From contig NC_013967.1 of NCBI RefSeq assembly GCF_000025685.1, forward strand, positions 30,001 through 62,000: a stretch of 32,000 nt of DNA. Reading direction: 5' to 3'. Shown here piece by piece: positions 1 to 7,233 of this stretch (its first letter is position 1; every line of letters begins with the position of its first letter). The notes beneath the pieces were generated by a model. The model was not told where the DNA came from, did no database searches, and saw only the letters and a program-made list of their open reading frames with translations. The DNA is from Haloferax volcanii DS2 (GTDB lineage: Archaea > Halobacteriota > Halobacteria > Halobacteriales > Haloferacaceae). Position numbers and translations under genes: made by a program.

Positions 1-1
1 C

Positions 2-286
2 GGCGAGACGAACCTGCCGGGGAGCAAGACCGACACCCGCGGCGTCTCCGGCGACGAACCCGCCGACGCCGACGAGGCGGTGGAACAGATAGCCTTCCTC
101 GAAGACCGGATGCAGGAGGCCGCCGACAACCTCGAGTTCGAACTCGCCGCCGACATCCGCGACCGCATCCAGAACCTCCGCCGCGAGTTCGACGTGGACG
201 CGCTCGAAGACGGCGTCGCGCCCGAGTACCCCGACGAACACGACGGCGAGGCCGACGACGGCCTGACGCCCCCGGACGAGTTCTGA
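2..286 (+). CDS. uvrB: Excinuclease ABC subunit B (UvrB), C-terminal fragment; the 5' end lies outside the window
   Basis: The frame is open from position 2. The tail [35 protein letters not shown] is the classic UVR-domain helix hairpin at the UvrB C-terminus, followed by an acidic halophile-type tail. Stop codon at 284..286. Confidence 0.88.
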   Translation, partial: GETNLPGSKTDTRGVSGDEPADADEAVEQIAFLEDRMQEAADNLEFELAADIRDRIQNLRREFDVDALEDGVAPEYPDEHDGEADDGLTPPDEF

Positions 287-292
287 TCGGTC

Positions 293-712
293 GTGTCCTC
301 ACCACCGACCCTGACGTTCGCGGCCGGCGGGCTTCTCCGCCGCGACGACGGCCGACTCTGTCTCGTCCACCGGCCGCGCTACGACGACTGGTCGCTCCCG
401 AAGGGGAAACTCGAACCCGGCGAGACGCTGGTCGAGACCGCCGTCAGAGAGGTCCGCGAGGAGACGAGATGCGAGGTCGACTGCGGCCGGTTCGCCGGGC
501 GCTACGAGTACCGCGTTCCCGACGACGCGGGGACACGGAGCGGGCCGAAGGGCGTGTTCGTCTGGCACATGCGCGTCGTCGACGAGCACCAGTTCGAGCC
601 CGACGCCGAGGTGGACGCGCGCCAGTGGGTTACCCCGGTCGAAGCCCTCCAACGGCTTACCTATGAGACCGAACGGGCGCTGGTCAGACGGGCGTTCGAA
701 CTCAACGAGTGA
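293..712 (+). CDS. NUDIX hydrolase
   Basis: 139 aa with a GTG start 6 nt after the uvrB stop. Clear Nudix box GKLEPGETLVETAVREVREETRCEV (GX5EX7REUXEEXGU). Confidence 0.9.
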   Translation: MSSPPTLTFAAGGLLRRDDGRLCLVHRPRYDDWSLPKGKLEPGETLVETAVREVREETRCEVDCGRFAGRYEYRVPDDAGTRSGPKGVFVWHMRVVDEHQFEPDAEVDARQWVTPVEALQRLTYETERALVRRAFELNE

Positions 713-1120
713 GCGCAGATTTTGGATAGAAACACATGTTACTGGTTTTTCGACGCGCGTCGGTGTGTGGTCCGTACCCAAATCAGTGGGTCGACATCAA
801 GACTTATTACTCCGACTTCGCTATGCCCGTTCCACCGTGATCCGCACCTCGGCGGACGAGCCTGCAACCCACACCGTTCACCACGCCTACCCCAACGGAG
901 GCATTACCTGAATGGTCCGCGGATTCGAGCACGGAGTGCTCGATAGTTCGGGCGACCACCGCACGCCGGCCCATCCGGCGTGCGACGCGGTCGCATCCTC
1001 GGGAGACGGTGAACACGCGCGGGTCGGTGCCGCTGATGACTCGGCGAACGGGCTGTTTTCGACGTGCCACTCCACGCGAGTGCAAGCGAACGCTACTGCG
1101 TACTGATAACAACGAGAACC

Positions 1121-2206
1121 ATGAGCTCTCAGTCTCTCAGTCACGTCCAGAAGTCGTTCCTGAAGTACCAACACATCCTCGTGTTCATCGCTCCCCTGCT
1201 GTTCCTCGCCTCGGTGTTCACCATGGCACCGACGCCGTCGGGTGTAGGCATGGAGTACTGGCTCCAGTACTGGTGGCTGTTCCCGGTGTTCCTCACCGGC
1301 GCGACCATCGTGAACACGGTCGGCATCAGCGGGTCGGCGCTCTTCGTCCCGTTCCTCATCTTCATCTTCCCCATCTTCGCGCACCCGCTCGACTCGTCGA
1401 CGCTGGTGAAAGTGGGCCTCATCAGCGAGGCGTTCGGCCTCTCCAGTTCGGCCGTCGCTTTCATCCAGTACGGCCTCGTCGACCGGCGACTGGCGCTGAC
1501 GCTCGTCGGCGGCTCGATTCCGTTCGTCGTCGGCGGCGCGCTCCTGTCGTTCGTCATCCCCGACGTGGTGTTCCACGCGCTGCTCGGAATCGCGCTGCTC
1601 GCCGCGTCCTACCTGCTGTTCAACGCCGACCTCGGCCACGACGAACCCGGCTCGTCGGACACCGACCACGCCGCGGCCACCGACGGCGGCACCGTCTCCG
1701 CGAGCCTCCCCAACGACCCCGGTAAGCTCGGTCCCGCGGGCGTCAACACGGCCGACGACGGGACCGTCACCCGCGTCGACCGCGACGGTGACGACTACAC
1801 CTACACCCGCGGCGGCTACCTGCGTCGCTTCGCCAATTACAGCGTCGGTGGGATGTTCCAGGGCCTCGCCGGCTTCGGTATCGGTGAACTCGGCATCATC
1901 TCGATGCTCGGCACGAAAGTCCCCGTTCGCGTCGCCATCGGCACGAACCACATCGTGGTCGCGCTGACCGCCATCTTGGCGTCGCTCGTCCACGTCTTCG
2001 GCGGCGGCCTCGTCGGCGGCCACTCGCTGAGCCTCGCGACGACGCCGTGGAACATGGTCGTCTTCACCGTCCCCGCGACGGTCCTCGGCGGCCAAATCGC
2101 GCCCTACGTGTCGAACGCGCTGGAGACCAGCGTCATCAAGAACTTCGTCGGCGTCCTCTTCGCCGTCATCTCGCTGGCGCTGTTCCTGATGGCGCTGGGT
2201 ATCTAA
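1121..2206 (+). CDS. TauE/SafE-family (DUF81) anion exporter permease with a long acidic central loop
   Basis: Polytopic membrane protein with two sets of TM helices. The motif GISGSALFVPFLIFIFP is typical of TauE/SafE. A hydrophilic D/T/G-rich loop of about 80 aa (roughly nt 1640-1850) separates the two halves. I chose ATG 1121 over the upstream TTG-type start at 1064. Confidence 0.8.
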   Translation: MSSQSLSHVQKSFLKYQHILVFIAPLLFLASVFTMAPTPSGVGMEYWLQYWWLFPVFLTGATIVNTVGISGSALFVPFLIFIFPIFAHPLDSSTLVKVGLISEAFGLSSSAVAFIQYGLVDRRLALTLVGGSIPFVVGGALLSFVIPDVVFHALLGIALLAASYLLFNADLGHDEPGSSDTDHAAATDGGTVSASLPNDPGKLGPAGVNTADDGTVTRVDRDGDDYTYTRGGYLRRFANYSVGGMFQGLAGFGIGELGIISMLGTKVPVRVAIGTNHIVVALTAILASLVHVFGGGLVGGHSLSLATTPWNMVVFTVPATVLGGQIAPYVSNALETSVIKNFVGVLFAVISLALFLMALGI

Positions 2207-2275
2207 CGACTCACGACCACCCGAACCACCCCCACTGGCACCACTTTCACAGTCCTCGATTCTGAACGCTCACCC

Positions 2276-2716
2276 ATGTACGACCACATCCTGCTTCCGA
2301 CCGACGGCAGCGACGCGACCGACGCGACCATCGAACACGCGGCGACCTTCGCGGAGACCTACGGCGCGACGGTCCACGTGCTGTCGGTGGCCGATTCGCG
2401 CAACCGCTTCGAGTCGCCCTCGGCCGGCATCGCGCCGGACGTGTGGGAAAAATCCGAACTCGACCGCGCGGAGTCGGCGGCCGACGCCGCAATCGAGGCG
2501 CTCCCCGAGGGCGTCGAGACCGAACGCATCGTCGTGGAGGGCGTGCCGCACTCGACTATCGTCGACTACGCCGCCGACGGCGACATCGACCTCGTCGTGA
2601 TGGCGACCCACGGCCGCACCGGTCTCGACCACTACCTCGTCGGCTCCGTCACCGAGCGCGTCGTCCGGCAGTCGGACGCGCCGGTGTTGACCGTCCGCGC
2701 GGCGGACGAAGAATAA
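2276..2716 (+). CDS. Universal stress protein (UspA family)
   Basis: 146 aa. N-terminal HILLPTDGSD and C-terminal DLVVMATHGRTGLDHYLVGSVTERVVRQSDAPVLTV match the Usp ATP-binding fold signature. Confidence 0.9.
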   Translation: MYDHILLPTDGSDATDATIEHAATFAETYGATVHVLSVADSRNRFESPSAGIAPDVWEKSELDRAESAADAAIEALPEGVETERIVVEGVPHSTIVDYAADGDIDLVVMATHGRTGLDHYLVGSVTERVVRQSDAPVLTVRAADEE

Positions 2717-2743
2717 ACACCCGCGGCTCGCTCGCGGGCCGCG

Positions 2744-3238
2744 TTACTCGAACTCTTCTGCCAGCGCGGCGCGGTGTTCGCGGCGCTTCTGGAGCGCCGC
2801 GTCGCGCAGTTCGCGCTCCTCTTGGGAGTCGCAGACGAGGTCCGGGACCGGAACCGGCTTCTCGTCGTCGTCGAGCGCGACGAAGGTGAAAAAGGAGGTG
2901 AGCGTCTCGCGGCGGTCGCCCTCGCTCGGGCGCTCGGCGGTCACGTCCACCTTGATGTCCATGCTGGTGCGGCCGGTGTCGAAGACGTACGCCTCGACGG
3001 TCACCACGTCGCCCACGTCGATGGGCGCGAGGAAGTCCACGTGGTCCATCGACGCCGTGACCACCTGCCGCTCGGCGAAGCGCCGCCCGGCGATGGCCCC
3101 GCAGACGTCCATCCACTCTAAAATCCGCCCGCCGAGGGCGCGTCCGAGGTTGTTCGTGTCGTTGGGCATCAGAATCTCGCTCATCTCGGCGCGAGACGCC
3201 GACAACGACCGCGTCTCGACCGACGATTGCTGTTGCAT
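2744..3238 (-). CDS. Acyl-CoA thioesterase, hotdog fold (YciA/Acot-like)
   Basis: 164 aa. ILMPNDTNNLGRALGGRILEWMDVCGAIA...VVTASMDHVDFLAPIDVGDVVTVEAYVFDTGRTSMDIKVDV matches the conserved acyl-CoA thioester hydrolase core. Confidence 0.85.
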   Translation of the reverse strand: MQQQSSVETRSLSASRAEMSEILMPNDTNNLGRALGGRILEWMDVCGAIAGRRFAERQVVTASMDHVDFLAPIDVGDVVTVEAYVFDTGRTSMDIKVDVTAERPSEGDRRETLTSFFTFVALDDDEKPVPVPDLVCDSQEERELRDAALQKRREHRAALAEEFE

Positions 3239-3263
3239 GCCACACCGTCAGAGTCGGACGTGG

Positions 3264-3273
3264 TTAAATTATT
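3264..3273 (-). promoter_or_regulatory. TATA-like box (AATAATTTAA on the minus strand) for the thioesterase gene
   Basis: AT-rich box 25 nt upstream of ATG 3238. Several other genes in this window show the same spacing, consistent with leaderless transcripts. Confidence 0.45.
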
Positions 3274-3688
3274 CTACCTCTTGAAAAATAGAAATAAAGG
3301 CGATTAATCGCTCGGGTTGTCGATTGGTCGGTGAACGCCCGCACGTTTCGACAACCTAGACAATTAATAGTGTTTATTGCGTATCGAATGGTGTCTGCGC
3401 GAACCGCAGACCGGTGGTGGGACGCCGACGCCCGTCTCTCGTCCGCGTTCGGGAGGACGTTCCCGGAGGGTTCCGACTCTCGTTCGACCGGACGGGCGGG
3501 AAATCAACCGCGACCCGAGAGTCGACGCACCGAGCCGCTCCCGTCTCACGTCCGCCTCGCGCCTCACCGAACCGCGACGGTCGGACGACGGGACTCGCGC
3601 CGGTCGCCCCCGCAGACCGGACACGACGCTGCACCGGCCCCCGGTGCGTCGGACGGGTCTCCGACTGATTCGCGCCTTCGATTTTCGC

Positions 3689-4879
3689 TCACTCGACGCC
3701 GCCGTCTTCGATTTCGATGTCGACCGCGTCCGCGGAGATATCGGCCGTCTCGACGCCGTCCAACTCCCCGAGTATCTCGCCGATGTCGTCGAGGCCGAGG
3801 AGTTCGCGGGTCTCCTCGTCGAACGCCTTGCTTTCGAGTCCCGCCGCCTGCTGTACGTCCGAGCCGGACAGCCCCTTGCCGTAGCGGCCGAGCAGCGACG
3901 TGAGCTCCTGCGGCAGGACGTACGTCGTCGACGGCGAGGTGCCGATGTTCGCCAGCGTCTCCATGCCCTTGTCGATGATGGCGCGCTCGCCCATCGACTC
4001 CGCCGCGCGGGCCCGAAGCACCGTCGAGATGGCGTCGCCCTGCGCTTCGAGGATTTGCGACTGCTTTTCGCCCTGAGCGCGGATGATGTTCGACTGCTTG
4101 TCGCCCTCCGCCTTCTCGACGGCGGAGCGACGTTCACCCTGCGCTTCGAGAATCATGGCCCGGCGGCGGCGCTCGGCGGAGGTCTGCTGTTCCATCGCGT
4201 TCTCGACGTCCTTCGAGGGCTTCACCTCGCGGACCTCGACGGACTCCACGCGGACGCCCCACTCGTCGGTCGGCTCGTCGAGTTCCCGGCGGATGCGCGC
4301 GTTGATGTGGTCGCGGCGCGCCAGCGTGTCGTCGAGTTCCATGTCGCCGAGGGCGGCTCGGAGCGTCGTCTGGGCGAGCAGCGAGACGGCCCGGCGGTAG
4401 TTGTCGACTTGCAGGAAGGCGCGTTCGGGGTCCATCACGCGGATGTAGACCACCGCGTCGGCCGTGACCGGCGAGTTGTCCTCCGTGATGGCTTCTTGGG
4501 AGGGCACGTCGAGCGTCTGGGTCCGCATGTCGAAGCGGTAGGTCTTCGAGACGAACGGCGGGACGACGTTCAGCCCCGGTTCGAGGATGCCCTTGTAGTC
4601 CCCGAACACGGTGAGCGTCCGCTTTTCGTACGCCTGCACGATTTCGACCGCATCGTACACCGCGGCGACGGCGAGCGCGAGGACGACGTAGCCCGCGAGC
4701 GTCAGCGGCGTGACGGGGAAGACGACCACCGCGAGGCCGAAGACGACCACCGCGACCGCGAGGGGGGCGAGCCACCGCGGGAGTCGGCCGGGGTCGCTGT
4801 CGACCCGCTCCGCGCCCGACGACGAAGACGACGAGGAGGACGCCGAGAGCTTCCCGAGCTGGTAGAACAGGCTGTCCAT
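3689..4879 (-). CDS. SPFH/band-7 (stomatin/prohibitin-like) membrane protein
   Basis: N-terminal TM segment, then an SPFH core (LEPGLNVVPPFVSKTYRFDMRTQTLDVPSQEAITEDNSPVTADAVVYIRV...), a coiled-coil EAQGE repeat region and an acidic tail. I prefer ATG 4879 (MDSLFYQ...) because a TATA-like box at 4903..4908 lies 23 nt upstream. The ORF-track GTG start at 4894 would be only 8 nt from that box. Confidence 0.88.
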   Translation of the reverse strand: MDSLFYQLGKLSASSSSSSSSGAERVDSDPGRLPRWLAPLAVAVVVFGLAVVVFPVTPLTLAGYVVLALAVAAVYDAVEIVQAYEKRTLTVFGDYKGILEPGLNVVPPFVSKTYRFDMRTQTLDVPSQEAITEDNSPVTADAVVYIRVMDPERAFLQVDNYRRAVSLLAQTTLRAALGDMELDDTLARRDHINARIRRELDEPTDEWGVRVESVEVREVKPSKDVENAMEQQTSAERRRRAMILEAQGERRSAVEKAEGDKQSNIIRAQGEKQSQILEAQGDAISTVLRARAAESMGERAIIDKGMETLANIGTSPSTTYVLPQELTSLLGRYGKGLSGSDVQQAAGLESKAFDEETRELLGLDDIGEILGELDGVETADISADAVDIEIEDGGVE

Positions 4880-4979
4880 GGTGGAGAGTGACACCGAGAC
4901 GGAATAAAGCTAGCCGGCTACTCACCTACCCACTCACCCGGCCACCAACTATTTGTCCGCGAACGCCCCACGCCCCGGT

Positions 4980-5174
4980 ATGCGAACGAACCGCGGCCGA
5001 ATCGACGTGGAGGACCTGCTGAAAATCATCCTCCTGCTCGTCCTCGTCTGGCTCGTCCTCGAAATCATCGGCGAGGTGCTCGGGCTGTTCGGTGCGCTGC
5101 TCGGCCCACTCCAGCCGCTTTTGGGACTCGTCGTCGCGGCGCTCATCGTCCTCTGGCTGCTCGACCGAATCTGA
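4980..5174 (+). CDS. Small hypothetical membrane protein (2 predicted TM helices)
   Basis: 64 aa from ATG 4980: MRTNRGRIDVEDLLKIILLLVLVWLVLEIIGEVLGLFGALLGPLQPLLGLVVAALIVLWLLDRI. High GC3. A TATA-like CTATTTG (4949..4955) lies 24 nt upstream. No family recognised. Confidence 0.5.
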   Translation: MRTNRGRIDVEDLLKIILLLVLVWLVLEIIGEVLGLFGALLGPLQPLLGLVVAALIVLWLLDRI

Positions 5175-5224
5175 CGTTCCCGCGGCGACGATACGCCTTT
5201 GTGTCTCTCGCGTGAGACACGGGC

Positions 5225-5722
5225 GTGTACAGTCTGAACGTCCCGGTTCCGGGGCGGGTCGCCCGCCTCGCGTCCGACCTGTTTCCGTATCTCGCCCCGT
5301 TCGACCGGGTTCGCGACCGGCACACGCTCGTCTGCAAGCGGTTCGAAGACGCCGACCTCGACCGCCTCCGCGAACAGTTGCGGCGCGCGCTCGCCGGCCA
5401 ACCGGCGTTCGAAGCCCGCGTCACTGACGTCCGATTCTTCGAGGAGCCGCCCCGCGGAGCCGCGCCGGTCGTCTACCTCGCGGTCGACAGCCCCGGCCTT
5501 CTCGACCTCCACCGGACGCTCACCGACGATTTCGGCGCTATCGAGGGAATCGAGGGCGACGACTACGTCCCGCACGTCACGCTCGCTCGCGGCGGCAGCG
5601 TCGCGGACGCCCGCGCGGTCGCGAGCCAACCGCTCGACCCCATCGAGTGGACCGTCTCGCAGCTCGATATCTACGACTCGTCGTTCCGCGAGACCACGGC
5701 CTCGATTTCGCTCCCGGCCTGA
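5225..5722 (+). CDS. 2H phosphoesterase / 2'-5' RNA ligase (LigT-like) family protein
   Basis: 165 aa with two H-x-T/S-x motifs (RHTLVCKR and PHVTLARG) spaced as in the 2H superfamily. GTG start. Confidence 0.78.
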   Translation: MYSLNVPVPGRVARLASDLFPYLAPFDRVRDRHTLVCKRFEDADLDRLREQLRRALAGQPAFEARVTDVRFFEEPPRGAAPVVYLAVDSPGLLDLHRTLTDDFGAIEGIEGDDYVPHVTLARGGSVADARAVASQPLDPIEWTVSQLDIYDSSFRETTASISLPA

Positions 5723-5775
5723 CGGCGAGGGTTCGACCGGCGTCGGCGGTGCGCCCGTGTCCGCTGGTCGCGCCG

Positions 5776-7155
5776 TCAGTCGCGCGCCCGGAGCCGCATC
5801 CCCATCGGCTCCTCCGGATGCATCGTCAGCGACCCGCGGAGCGAGAACGGCTCGTCGCGGACGTAGTCGAGTTCGTACCGCTGGGCGACGGTGCCGAGGA
5901 TGAGCCGCCCTTCGAGCAGCGAGAGGTGCTTGCCGATGCAGTGGCGCGGCCCGCCGCCGAACGGGAAGTACGCGAAGCGCGGGCGGTCGCCGGCCCGCTC
6001 GGGTGCCCAGCGGTCCGGGTCGAACTCCAACGGGTCGTCCCACCAGCGCTCCGAGCGGTGGACGACCCACTGCGGGAGCATGATGGCCGACCCCGCGGGA
6101 ACGCGGTAGCCGCCGAGGCGAACGTCCACCTTCGGCTCGCGGAACATGACGTACACCGGCGGATACAGCCGCATCGCTTCGTTCAGCACGCGCTCTGTGT
6201 ACTCCAGCTGTCGCACGTCCTCGAACGTCGGCGTCCGCCCGCCGAGCACCTCGTCCAGTTCGCGGTGGAGCTTCGCCTCCGCCTCGGGGTGTTGCGAGAG
6301 CAGATACCACGCGTACGTCAGCGTCAGCGCCGTCGTGTCGTGGCCCGCGAGGAGCATCGTCATCAGCTCGTCGCGGAGGTTCTCTTCCGTCTGCTCGCCC
6401 TCGTCGTAGGCGCGGAGCAGAATCGAAAGCAGGTCCATCGGCCGCTCCTCGCCCGTCGCGTCGGCCGGCACTGACGACGCCGGCGTCTCGCCGTACTCGG
6501 TCCCGCGGCGCTCCTCGACGATGTCCCAGACGAGCGATTCGAGTTCGGACAGCGCCTGCTTGTACTCGCGGTTCTCCCGCGTCGGTGCCCAGTCGGGCGT
6601 CAGGAACCGAAGCGGGTCGGGTTCGAACCGCGCGCCGAGCGGTTCGAGGTTCTCCTGTACCCGCCGGATGCGCTCGTCGTCGAGGTCGGTGCCGAACATG
6701 GCGTCGACGATTATCTCGACGGTCAGCCGCGCCATCTCCAGTTGCACGTCCACCACGTCGCCGTCGCCCCACGACGACAGCATCGACTCCGTCCGGTCGG
6801 TCATCATGCCGGCCATCGTCGAGATGCGCCGCACGTCGAACGCCGGCTGGGCGAGCTGGCGCTGTCTCTTCCACGTCGCGCCCTCGCTCATCAGCAGGCC
6901 GTCGCCCAGCAGGTCGCCGATGGCGCGGTCTTGGAACTGCGGCTTTCTGAACTTCGACGCCTCGCTCACGAGCACCGTCTCGACGTCCGCCGGGTTCGTG
7001 AGCATGTACGTGTCGAGCGGGCCGAGGTCGAAGTGGACCACGTCGCCGTAGGCGTCCGCGACGGCCGTTAGGAACGTAAACGGGTCGCGGGCGTACTGTC
7101 TGCTCGCGCCGAACAACGGGAGGCCCTTCGGGCCGGGAGGGGTCGCACTCATCAC
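5776..7155 (-). CDS. Cytochrome P450
   Basis: 459 aa. Haem-binding loop FPFGGGPRHCIGKHLSLLEG (FxxGxRxCxG), I-helix LLAGHDTTA and K-helix ExxR (EAMR). Confidence 0.95.
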   Translation of the reverse strand: MMSATPPGPKGLPLFGASRQYARDPFTFLTAVADAYGDVVHFDLGPLDTYMLTNPADVETVLVSEASKFRKPQFQDRAIGDLLGDGLLMSEGATWKRQRQLAQPAFDVRRISTMAGMMTDRTESMLSSWGDGDVVDVQLEMARLTVEIIVDAMFGTDLDDERIRRVQENLEPLGARFEPDPLRFLTPDWAPTRENREYKQALSELESLVWDIVEERRGTEYGETPASSVPADATGEERPMDLLSILLRAYDEGEQTEENLRDELMTMLLAGHDTTALTLTYAWYLLSQHPEAEAKLHRELDEVLGGRTPTFEDVRQLEYTERVLNEAMRLYPPVYVMFREPKVDVRLGGYRVPAGSAIMLPQWVVHRSERWWDDPLEFDPDRWAPERAGDRPRFAYFPFGGGPRHCIGKHLSLLEGRLILGTVAQRYELDYVRDEPFSLRGSLTMHPEEPMGMRLRARD

Positions 7156-7233
7156 CCTGTGTTGGTTCGAACAGGTAAGAATCGCACGGCGGTCGCGACC
7201 GGCTTTTCCGCGCCGAGCGCGACCCGCTCAGGC

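Noticed and set aside
807-1112. 101-aa minus-strand ORF in the NUDIX-TauE gap
   Set aside because: It is strongly basic with no recognisable motif and mixed codon bias. It overlaps the somewhat more plausible plus-strand ORF at 912..1106. It cannot be supported as a gene.
2720-2738. Hairpin CCCGCG-GCTCGCT-CGCGGG between the convergent usp and thioesterase genes, as a possible bidirectional terminator
   Set aside because: It has only a 6-bp stem and no adjacent T-tract on either strand. Archaeal termination mainly needs oligo-T, so the evidence is too weak to list it as a feature.
3391-3688. Whether this non-coding stretch is SRP (7S) RNA or RNase P RNA
   Set aside because: I could not find the SRP helix-8 signature (a GGAA-type tetraloop flanked by AGCA/GGC motifs, such as CCGGAAGG…AGCAGC). 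I also could not find the RNase P CR-I/CR-V motifs (GAGGAAAGTCC-like). It remains an unassigned candidate.
3388-3903. A leaderless-looking ATG (3388) downstream of the 3362..3379 AT-rich box, opening a 171-codon frame
   Set aside because: The encoded sequence is basic, R/P/S-rich and runs antisense into the SPFH gene. The ATG also lies slightly upstream of where a TSS would be expected from the TATA spacing. I treated the region as non-coding.
4800-4845. Poly-serine run (SASSSSSSSSG) near the N-terminus of the SPFH protein, as a possible repeat or slippage site
   Set aside because: It is encoded by mixed TCG/TCC/TCT codons rather than a pure microsatellite. It looks like an ordinary low-complexity linker before the TM helix.
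3377-4891. 504-aa plus-strand ORF, with related ORFs at 3331..3903, 3364..4137 and 4134..4925
   Set aside because: They are antisense to, or out of frame with, the well-supported SPFH gene. Their composition is strongly basic and Arg-rich, unlike the acidic proteome of this organism.
7160-7180. GGTTCGAAC resembling a tRNA T-arm, and a similar GGGTTCGAACC at about 6611..6625
   Set aside because: No acceptor, D or anticodon arms can be built around either. The second lies inside the P450 coding frame. I found no tRNA genes in the window.
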